Part shown: positions 47,451-60,030 of the stretch, one piece after another
Layout of the letters: the number at the start of each line of letters is the position of its first letter
Position numbering within the stretch: the stretch's first letter is position 1
DNA from: Alloascoidea hylecoeti
Lineage: Eukaryota
Length of the DNA: 64,000 nt
Reading direction: 5' to 3'
Assembly (NCBI GenBank): GCA_001600815.1
Contig: BCKZ01000024.1
Location: 124,001-188,000 of the forward strand
Translations under genes and position numbers: made by a program
Notes under the pieces: model-generated
What the model was told of the DNA's origin: nothing
The model's input: only the letters and a program-made list of their open reading frames with translations
Databases searched by the model: none

Positions 47451-49737
47451 TCAACTCCTCTATCTGTGTATTTTTATAAAAATAGATATCATTAATTTTA
47501 TGATCTATTATCTCCTTAAATCACTTGAACTGACTCCAATGTTTGTAATAAACTATAGTGTAAGTAGGTACCAGTATATGCATTACATATCAATATTAAT
47601 GTGATGGGCACCATACAGTATATGCAAGATACTAAAGAGGTTTTTGCATTTTGTGCTGGCTTGACCTCCTCGAACACAATTTAGAAACGAAGATATAAGT
47701 CAATAGATCAACAAGTCGAAGTTAATAATATGAACACTAGTACCATCAAGATTTGTTTTAAAAATATTGGAATATATGAATATATGAATATATTTAATGG
47801 AATTCGAGTAATAACTGAGTTATAAAAAAGCCAGTCCACTCCTAATTCGTTTTCCTCTTCAAACTCTTCACTCTACATAAATTTTTTATTAGGAACAACC
47901 AAAAATGTCTTCTAAAGCGGCTTATCTTTTACTTCGAAGTTCTTATCTAAAACTGTAACTGTTCATGATAATAAAACTGTCAATGTTAGTGGTAATTATA
48001 GTCATGGCCATGATGGTATTGATTCGGAGATAAATGATTTGGTTGAAACTACCACATACACTTACTATTCTGATGTAACAAATATTGCGTACGCTTTCCC
48101 GGAAATTTACCTGGGGGTCTTTATCTTCTTCTAGTAAAGAAACTGATTCAGAAACACCAATAAGCTATTTTGAATACTTTCTTAATATTCTATCAACCCT
48201 GTTGTTATCTTTTGGTGGATTTATTATTGGCTGGGATATTGGTAAAATTCCTGGAATATCCTATATGAATGATTTTCAAAGCGGCGTAGGATTAATAATA
48301 TGATGTGGCCGCTAACAGTTATTTAATTTTGCTGTTGGAACCGCAATTGGTTCATCCTTATGTTCAAGGCTCAGTGATTTCACAGGAAGAAAATTTTGGT
48401 ATCTTAATAGGAATAATAATTTATAATTCTGACGTATTGGGTCAATTTGTTTTGACTCCTGATATTGAAAGGGAACATTTAGGTGCTATGTATGGGAGAT
48501 ATCTTATTTGAATTGCTGGGAGTTTAACAGTTGTATGTCAATCATTGGTAGTTGAAAATTCATTTCCTTCTGTTCGTCAATTATCCTTTAATCTCTTTCA
48601 AATTATGACTCCTCTTAGGATTTTCAGTGGAGCTGTGTCAATTAAACTTACGGAAAATATCTAAATTGATATTGAGTATTATAGTCAATGGAAATTCATA
48701 TCAAATTTTTCTCTTGTTTGGTCTACTATTATTGCAATTCGGCTTCTATTTTCATACGAGTCTCAATATAAAGCAAGATCAATACAGTCTCAAGTACCAC
48801 TCATATCTAAACGATCTAGAGATGAAAATCAACACAGTTCATTATTTACTATTCTTCATATATATATTTATAGTAATATATTTTGAAGAATTAAGAGAAT
48901 TAAGAAAATTAAGAGAATTACTCATAACATTCTCAAAAACAAAGTTAAATTATAAATTAAATAAAGTGTTATGGCATTCAGTTTTTTAAACATTTAACAG
49001 GTAAGTTAGTTTTTTCTTATATATTATTGTACTGAGATTTTCAAGAATATTACTATTAGTAATAATAATCATATTAACAATGATATATTCATGCTGATGG
49101 TGATTATTACAACAATTTATCTTTTTGGAATGATCATTGGAGTACTGACTATTAAAATGAGAAGAAGATTAAATTCAATTTTTGGTTCAACAATTATGTT
49201 GAACTGTTTCGTTTCATTCTCGGTATTAGNACNCAGTTCTTTAAATATTGAAAAACACATTTCAATCGGTAACGTAATATTTGAACTTATTTTCACCTAT
49301 GTATTCACATTTTCTGCTTGTTGGGGAACTGGCTCGACTATTATTTATGAAGAAAGATTGGATAAGTTTTCAATAAATAAAATATCAAATTCTTTTTCTT
49401 TTTCTTTTTCTTTATATACTTCTCACCTCTTCTAATTGAATCTACTGGGATTTATTATTACAATATGTTTAATTGTTTTCTTTCTTGCTCCTGAAACCGC
49501 AAAATCCAGGAACTTGAATAACGATATGGAAAAGTACATTTTGTGATAACTATATTTTTAATTATGTGATTTTAGATTCTGTAATATTGGTTAATAAATG
49601 TATAAGTAATAAATGTTATATTATTGTTTAAATCTTATTTTACATTTTGGTATTAGTAGTCCCATAGTGGTATATTTCTATACGCTTCATGTAAAGAATA
49701 AAAATATTTAAATTTATAACCAAATGATCTTTTCAAT
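47451..49737 (+). repeat. Right arm of the 2.3-kb inverted segmental duplication
   Basis: Near-identical to the reverse complement of 32205-34515, with scattered SNPs and small indels. Confidence 0.95.
47905..49530 (+). pseudogene. Hexose transporter pseudogene, copy B
   Basis: Same broken sugar-porter fragments and, where checked, the same stops and frameshifts as copy A. Confidence 0.85.
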
Positions 49738-50937
49738 TGTTAGGATCATGACTGTGTGAGAATGCACAGTAATATATCACAAGTAGTGGCTTAACATAAA
49801 TTTATTGTTGTGGCCGTTTAAATTTGGAGTTCGTAAGCCAATATCAATATTTTTGAGCTTTTCATATGACACTGGGCATATATCCTTTTGATAAAATTCG
49901 TGAGATTCATATATTGGCTTCCCCATGTCTGGCAGCCCCTCCACAAATATTAGTAGCGATAATAAATAATGAAGGACACTTATATCTTATTCTTTTTGTT
50001 GATCTTAATCTAAGTGCATTTCTCTAATAATAAATAGTGAAAAACTGTTCCTGGGTTAATACAAACCAGTGCAATAATTAAATTAACCAAAATATCCAGC
50101 TTCCTTAATTGAACGCGTTTCAAATAAAAGTTGTAGGAATTTATTAGTTCGCAAAATATCAGCAATTATATCAATATATTTTGCTACATTAACTAAATAT
50201 TGATATCCTTGTGGGTAATAGAATGGAGGCAAGCAAATATAATGAAAAGCGGTAGCCAAGTAATAAAAGTTTATAAGTAACAAATAATATTAGACCAATT
50301 TCAATTTAAAATCAATATTAGTTTTGAATTCTTGGGATTAAATTTTATCATATGCAGTAACTGGCTCAGCATAGTACCTATCTATGGATTTTTGTGTTCT
50401 ATAAGATCCTTATACGTAGTTGATATATCTTAAATAATGATCATTTTCCTAAAATTTTAATAATCCTTCGATACTATAAGTTACCGAGGAGGAATAATTA
50501 TTACTATTCACATCTTCCAAGGTAATATTTCTTAATAATCTCAATAAATTTAGCAAAACTCTCACAGTTTCAGCAAATTTGTTACTACCTCCTATTCATA
50601 TGGAACTATAACGTATACCTTAAAGCAATAACATGATCTAGAGAAATCATAATACAAAAATTATAAATTATAAATCAATCAAATGACAGATATACTACTA
50701 ATAATGATACCACATACATGTATAACAATACAATTGCAATGTGTTCTGATCAATGCGTACGGTTTACACACAAGCCAAAATCAAGCTTGCACTTTACTTT
50801 GGTCACCACTTACCATAAAAATGGCAAGATTATAACCAGTGACTGAGTAATGTTGATTAGTCCTCTGCTTCTTAAATAGTTTATTCCATAAATTAAAGAT
50901 ATTCTACTTATATTATACCAGCTTATGTGAAATTATA

Positions 50938-51060
50938 TTTAGTATTTAGTATTAGCGCCCTTAAACGGCTGATACTAGGGGCATACGAACTCCCACTCTT
51001 TATAATGGAGCACGACACTTTTCCAAAATTAAGTCCATACTCCATACTATGAACTTTTTC
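50938..51060 (-). mobile_element. Internally deleted derivative of the Tc1 relic
   Basis: Minus strand carries KGANTKY* (cf. KGTNTKY) close to a segment homologous to 24408-24465 (tttggaaa.g...gtgc.c.at...agagtgg.ag). Confidence 0.55.
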
Positions 51061-54000
51061 CTTGTGTTATATATATAAAACCTTTTTGGTTCAAAGGCGT
51101 GCGTCTTAAGAGTGGTACTCGAGAGACAAGCCCTAGTTTAATCTTCACCCGACTGTAAGCGGAATGGGCTTTCTTCTTTCTGATATATTCATTGCATACC
51201 CAATATTAGATTATTCTGGAGATCCGTGCTGCCAACTAAAAGCTAATAATTAATAATGCTAACTATTAATTCTTTGCCAGCCTAATTATAAAGCACGAAA
51301 TTTACTTACTCATATTTTTCGATTTAATATAATGATGTAATCTTTGCTACTAGTTGGTGACTTCATTGTTATAATATATAACTATTTTATAGTTTATGAT
51401 AATAAATCTACTATAATTATATTAAGTCAATGCTAATATAAAGTATATGCGGACATTGCGGAGTATATACGCGGATAAATATAATTATTGATATAATTTT
51501 TTATAAACTAAACACTTAGCCGTGTCATTCATTTATTGGCCATGGGTTCTTTAAATATTATCAATTACATCATGAATACTCCAGTAAATACTAAATGCTA
51601 AATAGACGAAAAAAAACATGAATAATCATAAAAGGAATCATCCATCCGCTTCCTTCCTATCATTGTGGCTGACTCCAAAAAGCTTTGGATAAAAAAAATT
51701 GACAATGTTAAATACCATTAATATTAATTAATACAATTACGTGCAAATTTATTAATCGACTACCATATATGATATACCTGATCAAAGTATAAGGCCTTAC
51801 ATGTATAATTATACCATGACCAGTAAAGTCCTTAATATACCAATATATATTGCAATTATTAGTGACACACTGTTTGTTTGATTTATTAAATTTAGTAACA
51901 ATATTACTTATATACTGTAAGTTATATAAGATCTTTTAGTACCAATGGTGTGATACCAGAATCAACACTGTAATTGTAAGTAGACTCATTAAATGCTAGC
52001 TATGGCAATATTAATAATCAAAAATTAATCGTTTGATTCGTTTCGATATCATGATCAAGTGGATCAACAATTGTTCCGAGATCGATGACCTTATTTATCG
52101 AGCATCCATTTATGGGAATCCCGAGGTTTGATGATTTTCATTCAGAAAGATCTATAACTAATAATTATAATCCATGGCCATGTATGACCCATTTCAGTTG
52201 CCACTCACCATGGTGAAGGTTGTAAGGGCTATATCTCCGTTGATTGCCAAATGACATGTACAATTACTAATAATTGATGATTAGTTAATAATATACGTTT
52301 GAAAAAAATTGTTGTAGGTACTCAATGTGTAGTCTAATTAGTTTCCTATAGCTAGGATGACTATTGACGACGATGATATCGATAGCTCTATGATTTAATA
52401 TTATTTCGATCATAGCTAGAGGAAAACCGTGGATATTACCAATTTACCATAAAGGTTAATTAAGTACTTACTACTTAGATAATCTAATTTTATATGCTCT
52501 GTTCCAAAAAAGAGTTGATATCAATTGCTGTTGCTGTCGGTGTTAGGCATCAACCAGACACGTGTGGCATAATCTCCTGATATAGCATCATAATGAACTT
52601 AGTTAATCATATTAATTAATACTTGAACAGGTTTAATTCATTCCAATTGTAAAAAATAAATAGGTTTATTGATGGTATAACGATAAACCCTAGGGCCTAA
52701 TTAAAAGACAATCGCGATATATTCTACATGGTTGTCTAGCATGTTTAAATATGTATGAAATGTTCGTAATTCAATTACAACATGAATATTGTCTGATTTA
52801 ATTTTCCAATTATAAGTTATCAAAGGCGAACATTAATTGAAAAAGAATTTAAAGATAAATTTAAACAAATAAACTTTTCCTCATGAAATATTTATAATTA
52901 ATTATAAGAATGGTGTCTTGCTACTGGTAGTTGTAACTATTATGATTTAATTAATAATTATTTATTTCTAATTTAATGTATAATCGTATGTATAATAATA
53001 GAGTTAAGGAACTTTGAATACATGAGGTAAAGAGTAAACAATCTTAAGCCAACCTCGAAGATAGAATTATAATTACATAGATATTTTTTATTTTTCTATT
53101 TCCCAACTCATTTAGCCCTGTATATTTATAGATTAAGAAAAGAAGATGACTTTTTAGTCAGTATTTCATGATCAAAGTAATTGTTAATTATGGTGCCGAA
53201 ATAAACCGCCACACCGCTATGAATCTTATAGAATGTAATCATTACTAGATTTTTAAAGGCAACTGTATTAAAACATTCAAATTCAATTGCAAAATTTAAA
53301 TTAAAGATTCTCGAGTTCGATTATCAACGTGAACAATGATCATGAAATATAAAGTATTTATATTGATATGATGATCACGATACAAATTCAAAATGTTCTA
53401 TAATAAACTAGATCTATTAATAAATGTATAAAAATTTGTAAAATTGAAACGACATTTAAAGACAAATTCCAATCATATCCTAATTTAATAGGTATTTATA
53501 TTTAATTGAAATACATCTTTTCCCCCTCATGAATAAATATATTTATATATAAGCCTATTTTTCTATCATTATTACCGTCCCTTATCCTAGGGAATTAAAG
53601 ATTAAATAAAGTGTTAAAGTGAAATAATATAAGCCAAAAAAAAAATTAATTTAAAAAAATTAAAATAGTAACGGTATTAAAACAATCGAATCAAAACTAG
53701 TAGATTTTGGATTGTTCTACAATTAAAATTAACGGAAAGAAGGAACTAAAGAAAAATAAAGATTCGGAATGTATGATGTGACATTAAAATTATAAAATAA
53801 AATTGAAAAATTGAAAAATAGAACACATCTTTTCTGTTTAAAGTTATGAAGTCACAAAAAGGAATGCAATAATGAATGTAAAAATCTCATACAAATTTTG
53901 TACATTTTAGAAATAAATTTGTTTTATTTCTTCTTTCATTTTTTAATATGTACCCAATTTATATGTATGATTAATTATGAACATGATGAGGACGTTTTTT

Positions 54001-54232
54001 TTTTTTTTTTACCAACAAATATAAGACAAAAAAGTATAATGTAAACAACGTAGAGCCAAAGGCAAAGGCAAGCCAAATTTCTTGCAGTTAGCTGATAATA
54101 TATATAAGGCAACTTCTGTTTTCGTATAATATAAGATGCAAATAATAAAAACAAATTAATGAATGAAAGAACGATTATAAAAAAATTGTATAGTTTTGTT
54201 ATTAATGAAATTGGTAACCAATAAGATGTATA

Positions 54233-55546
54233 TTAGTTGAATAATTGTTTAACAACTTTTAAGAATTCTGGATTTTCACCAATAAGTTTAAAAACACCAG
54301 AAAGATAGACTTGTCGAGATTTAGCTTCAATTTGAGTATAATCTATAACAAAATCTTCCAAGTTCTTCCATACCAAATCATCTCTGAAACTATAGATTGT
54401 TTTAAAATTAACATTCTCCTCTTCTTCTTCCTCATTTTCATTTTCATGTTCATTTGTCTTGGCGATATCATTTGTATCAGAATTTTTTAGATTAATAAGA
54501 TCATTAAATTTTTTATTATAACAATCAAATTCATCACCTTTAATAATATTAATAGATTCACCTAAATTTTTGAAAAAAACATACAAAGCAGGAGATTTTC
54601 TGATTTCACGATTTGTTATAATTTCAGCACCAATTTTATAATTCTCAGCTCTTTTTAAAAAATCATTAATTGCATCATTTTTATCTTTATTTATATAATC
54701 AGGACTTTGAGCTTTTCTTAAAATATTATAAGAATAAATTGATGATGATGTACATTTTATATTGAAAAATATTGTATTTACTCGAACTTTATGGGTACCA
54801 TCAAAACATCTTTGTTGAATAGTTTTTAAAATGTGTTTCCTTCTTTTAACGGTTGAATTTGTAGCATCGAAAAACCCTACGGTTAAATCGGAATCTATTA
54901 AATCATCCAATAAGCGATTTAAAGCGATATGAGCATATAACTCTCGTCTTTGAGCAGCATCTTTATTTGCAAAGTTGAAAAAGTCAGAGCCTTGAGACTC
55001 AAAATCGGATTCCATCTCTCTTCTTACTTCACCGGCATTATATGTTTGAGTACGGAATTTTTGTAAAGGTTGTATTTTAAGATTGAGATAGCTGAGTAGT
55101 TGTTTTGTTATTGTGGATTTACCAGTAGCAGGTAGGCCGACCAACACGATAACCCACTTTGATTTATTAGTAACGACGATTCTTGGAGGAGGAGCAAAAG
55201 CGATAACAGAGTCGTTTCTGCTTATGGGCGCATCGGCGAGTTTGGACAAGTGTTCGGAGACGGTGTCCAAGGAAATGGGTCGTGAGGGCCAGGAGGTGAC
55301 TCTGGACAGAGGGTTCGACTTGAAGGGGTTGACATCGTGGTAGGAGCTAACGGAAAGCAATCCGTTGGAGACTCTGTGCTTTAGGTCCACACCGGAGGGA
55401 GACGGCGACAGGCCGGGTGTCTGAACCGAGGTCCGTGGGGAATCCGAGGAAAACGAGGAGGTTGAGACGGACTCAGAGAGCTCGGGCAGGGCCTCGTAGG
55501 AGTTGACACTGGGTTTGTGTAATAAGCGAGAAGTTGGCGAACACAT
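54233..55546 (-). CDS. PFK27: 6-phosphofructo-2-kinase-domain protein (Pfk27-like, no bisphosphatase domain)
   Basis: VIVLVGLPATGKS P-loop, YNAGEVRR, FFDATNSTVKRR and SPDY motifs. Confidence 0.7.
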   Translation of the reverse strand: MCSPTSRLLHKPSVNSYEALPELSESVSTSSFSSDSPRTSVQTPGLSPSPSGVDLKHRVSNGLLSVSSYHDVNPFKSNPLSRVTSWPSRPISLDTVSEHLSKLADAPISRNDSVIAFAPPPRIVVTNKSKWVIVLVGLPATGKSTITKQLLSYLNLKIQPLQKFRTQTYNAGEVRREMESDFESQGSDFFNFANKDAAQRRELYAHIALNRLLDDLIDSDLTVGFFDATNSTVKRRKHILKTIQQRCFDGTHKVRVNTIFFNIKCTSSSIYSYNILRKAQSPDYINKDKNDAINDFLKRAENYKIGAEIITNREIRKSPALYVFFKNLGESINIIKGDEFDCYNKKFNDLINLKNSDTNDIAKTNEHENENEEEEEENVNFKTIYSFRDDLVWKNLEDFVIDYTQIEAKSRQVYLSGVFKLIGENPEFLKVVKQLFN

Positions 55547-55665
55547 TGTTGCACCAAAAAAGCAGAGGTTTTAGGCTTGTTATATATCAGAGATTAAGAT
55601 TATAATAATGCGCATGTCATCTCATGGCTCCGCGGAAAATATTTAATTAGAAAAAATCTATTTTA

Positions 55666-58600
55666 TTATGCATATGCATGCAGTCGCTCCAATCGTTCGT
55701 TTTCCTCTTCCAATTCAGACAGCCGCTTCTGTGCAGATGCATTTTCTTCAATCCTCCGCTCTCTCTCTCTTTTGAATTTATCTTCAACGGTTTGCACCCA
55801 ATTGCAATTTTTCTTGTTTTTATCCATATATCTCATAATAGCCTGGAAATCATTCGTCAATATCTCACAAATATCCACACTCCCGCCTTGTTCCAATTTA
55901 TCAATCAATTCGCTGATATGTTTGTAATTTTCTTTAAAATTCAAATCGGTATATCTATCAATTCTTTTCATAATGCCCTTTATATTTCGTAGCACCAAAA
56001 TACTGAGACTTTTATACTCAATTTCGCTAATGTAGATATGTCGGTTTTTCTCTTCAAACATAATCTTGATTTGTTCTTGATACCCAACCAAACTATTGAA
56101 ATCACTAATAATTAATTCAATATATTTTTTCAATCCGTTATTTTCATTAATTAATCCTTCGGCTTTACTATTAGATATCTCCAATTCCTCCGTTATTGAT
56201 TGAATCTTCTTATTCTTAGCGTCGATAGCATCCGTTTCATATTGTCTCATTTGACTTGTTTTATCTTGTAACTTCTTAGCCAATTGGGTATACGAAGTTT
56301 CAACTTCAATCAATTTACTTTCTAGCCCTTTCCTAGTCTGCTCTTCTTCTTCTGATACTTGCTTTAAACTTATCAGCTCTTTATTGATTTCTTCAACAAC
56401 TTGTGAATTTTTATATCCCATTTCTTTTTGAATTTTATCTTTGTCTTCAATTGTTTGTTCAAGAAGTTTAATTCTTTCATCATTTTCAATTTTGGTATCT
56501 ACTATTTTACTTCTTAATTCTTTATTCTCATGCTCATATTTCCTAATTGTTGAGTTTAACATATCATGACTTGAAAGAAGTTCATTAGATTTCATCTCAA
56601 GTTCTAATATCTTATTCTTTTCATTGTTACTCTCATCTTTCATGGATATCACATCTTGTTTAATCCCTTGTATCTGTGTCTTCAAATTACCATTTTCTTT
56701 CTCCAAAATGGATTTTCTGAGTCCTAGGGTATCAATATTTCCCAACAAAACATGATTATCTTGTGACATTTGAAAAACAGCCTATACCAAATTTGTTAGT
56801 AAAAAAAAAAAAAAATAAATAGAAAAATAAATAGAAAAAATAAATAGAAAAAATAAATAGAAAAAATACATTAGTTGTATCCTCAAAATTCTTAGCATCC
56901 ATTAACACCATAATATCTTCTAAAAAAATCTGATTTTTATGAGACTCAATTTTTATTTCCTCATAGTGTTTTTCGATAGCTTTTAATTTATTAGAATTAA
57001 ATTCATTTTTATTCTTTTCCTCCAAATTTTGTAATTCTTTTATATCAATTTGTTTTTGTAATTCAATAATTTGTTTTGTTAATTTTGAAATTTCTTCATC
57101 TTTAATTTCTTCTTTTAAATTGTTCTTATTGATTTCTTCTTTCATGATTTTAATTTGACTTTTAAATTGAGAAACCCTTAAATTAACATTTATTGCTAAT
57201 TGATGTATTTGTTCTAATTTCATTTTTTCACTAACATCATTATCATTACGTTCAACTTTTTCTCCAACAATTTCTGATAATAATTTTAATATATCAACAG
57301 TAACTCCTTCAGATTTATCAAATCCTTTTTTAAGATCTGACCTAAAACTTAAAGATTTAAGAGATTCTGTAATTGATGATTGTGCCAATGGTTCGATTTT
57401 AAGAGAAATATCATCATCTGTCATAATTAAATGTTTCCTAATAGGACTAGAAAACCATGCCATTTTTTTATCCATCTTTTCATTTCTTGAACCATTACTT
57501 TTACTTCTTGATCTCGTAATATTTGGAGGTAACTTATGCTTTTTTGGAATTGCTTGTGGAATTTTTGACGGGCCTAATCCTGATTCTAGAACATTATTTT
57601 TGGTATTATTATTATTATTGCAATCTTTTACCACAACTGGCGGTGCAATGATCTTAATTTTAGAATTGGTTCTTGTATTATTTGTGTTATGTTCTGCCAC
57701 GTTACAGCCACTATCATCATCCAGAATATCCGGACTGTCTGAATATTCCAAACCTGTTAATCTAGATCCTGCAGCAACAGCAGACTTCTTATCTGGTACT
57801 TCCGCAGAATATGCTTTATCACTAATTGACAACACCCTAGACAATTGTGACTCCAAATAAGTATCAACAGGTATTGGAGAACACGTGGTAAATGATAATG
57901 ATTTAGAATCATATTCTTTTCCTTTTTCAAATTCAAATTCATTTTCGAATTCATAAAATGAACTTTCACCAACAGTTGTACTGCCAACCGCAGTTGTACT
58001 CTCATCAAAATCACTATATTTTAAATCCGCACGTTGTAGTATGTATTTACTGCAATTGGAATTTTCTTTACTAGAAACTGAATAATGATCTTTCACAGTT
58101 TTATATGATTGAAATGTTTCATCTTCTTCATGAGAATATATATCAAGTTCAGGGTTGGAAAGTGCCTTCTTGTTTTCAGCCATGGGAATTTTCAAATTTG
58201 AAAAAGAATTCATCTCTTCTGATATATCAAATAAAACTTGTCCCTCAGTTTTTTTCCTATATTGAAACTTTTCAGGAGTTGTCTCATTAGAAGCAAATGT
58301 TGAATAAAAGCTTGAGACATCTGAATTAGGAGTGGTAGCTGTATCTTTATCTTCCAATATTATATTTTTAGATGGAAGAGTAACTAAAGGCTCCATATTA
58401 AACTTGGATGGTTTATCATGATTAGGTGTTGAAGTGACAGCTTCCAATAATGGCACATTTCGAAAAATGTCATTTAAATCATTACTATATGAAGATTGTT
58501 GTTTATGTCTATCATTTCCATATTCGGTATAATCAAAAGATCTTGAACCCAAATCACTATATTCAAATCTAGAACCTTGAACAGGACTAGAAAATCTAAC

Positions 58601-58912
58601 AGATTTTGAACTTTGACTTGAATTTCTTTTAAGCTTCCATAATAGTGAATAACCACGCGGTTTCTCTCGTTTCAATACCGACCCACTTGGTTTTAATTGT
58701 ATATTATTTATTTCTTTTTTTTTACTTGTGTTTGTGACAATACTTGTATCCGTATTTCCAAACGGATCAAATTCTGCAATTTCTGTGGCATCACAGCTAG
58801 TATCTAAGTCTTTCAATACAGCGCCTTGTTTAGATAACAATGTTTTGAATTCTTTGGAATCATTAATTGTACCAGAAGAATCAAAATCACTTGAATCCAT
58901 AATTGAATTCAT
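55666..58912 (-). CDS. ~1050-aa protein with Ser/acidic N-half and long coiled-coil C-half (function unknown); exons 58912-56870 and 56781-55666
   Basis: Intron 56869-56782 (GTATTT/TACTAAC/TAG) joins the 718-aa and 367-aa track ORFs in frame (DTTN|AVFQMSQD). Confidence 0.8.
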
Positions 58913-59205
58913 TTCTTGTTACTAGGATAAGTGTAAGGATAAAATCTGAAGGATGATGTGATTGTCGATGTAATTTTAAAAGATTTATTTTAGGATTTGT
59001 ATAACTGACTTTATTGTATATAAATATGGATATTTCGATAGCTTTTTTTTATTTGTATAATACTTTTTGTATATATTGTAGAGTGTTAAAAGATAATATC
59101 TCGAAGATTTGATAAGACGTGTATGTTACCCGACTTTATCATAATGCTTAATATTGTCTTACAAAATTTAAAAACTATAGAAGTTATACAAAAAATACTA
59201 AAAAA

Positions 59206-59961
59206 ATGACAGGAAATAAAAAAAGAACACTTAGATCTACAGACTTTTCATCTATGAAAGAACAAGAACAAAAAAGAAGACAAGTTTTTAAACCAGTTTT
59301 AGATAGTCCTTTCATACAAGTTTCATGGCCTTTTATTCAACAAGATGACCTTAAAACTATATTGGAATTATTACTATCTATTTTAGAACCATTGGGAAAA
59401 TATCATGAAGTATTAAAACAAGGTTGTTTTCCTAAACCAGAAGCTCCTGAAATATTGGACTTTGTTACTTTGGGTTTCAATTCTTCAACTTCGTCATTGG
59501 AGAAACAAGCAAGAAAAAATTATCAAATTTTTAAGGATCCTATTATAGCGAAGTCTAAACCAATTACGGAGAATGATTCAAATATACGAGTACTATTCGT
59601 TTGTAAATCGGATATTCAACCTGCTCTATTGACCAGTCACTTTCCAATTCTTTGTTTTACTGCTTCCCGATCGCAAGATAAGAGGCAATGTTCAAAACCA
59701 GTAAAATTGGTTCAACTCCCCAAGGGAACAATGCAAAAATTATCGACGGCAACAGGCCAAACTAATTGTGGGATAATATCTTTAAAAGAAAATACACCTG
59801 GCAGTTCCATATTATTTCAATTACTAGATACCTCTGTCTCGGATATTGATGTTCCATGGCTAAGTTCGGATCCACCTTTTTATAAACCCGTAGTCAAATT
59901 ATTAAACACCACTGCCCCGATAATATCCAAAAATAAAAAGACAAAGTCAAAAGAAAAGTAA
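59206..59961 (+). CDS. POP3: RNase P/MRP subunit Pop3
   Basis: KRRQVFKPVLDSPF..VSWP, GFNS, LFVCKSD, HFP, KLVQLPKG and VPWL motifs. Confidence 0.82.
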   Translation: MTGNKKRTLRSTDFSSMKEQEQKRRQVFKPVLDSPFIQVSWPFIQQDDLKTILELLLSILEPLGKYHEVLKQGCFPKPEAPEILDFVTLGFNSSTSSLEKQARKNYQIFKDPIIAKSKPITENDSNIRVLFVCKSDIQPALLTSHFPILCFTASRSQDKRQCSKPVKLVQLPKGTMQKLSTATGQTNCGIISLKENTPGSSILFQLLDTSVSDIDVPWLSSDPPFYKPVVKLLNTTAPIISKNKKTKSKEK

Positions 59962-60030
59962 AAAGTGGCAATTAATTTTATTTATAATTATAATGATACA
60001 TAAAACTTTTAATATTAACGTTCTTGTTCA

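Noticed and set aside
55311..55320. GGTTCGA T-loop-like motifs (also near 42667)
   Set aside because: Inside coding sequence with no cloverleaf; no tRNA called.
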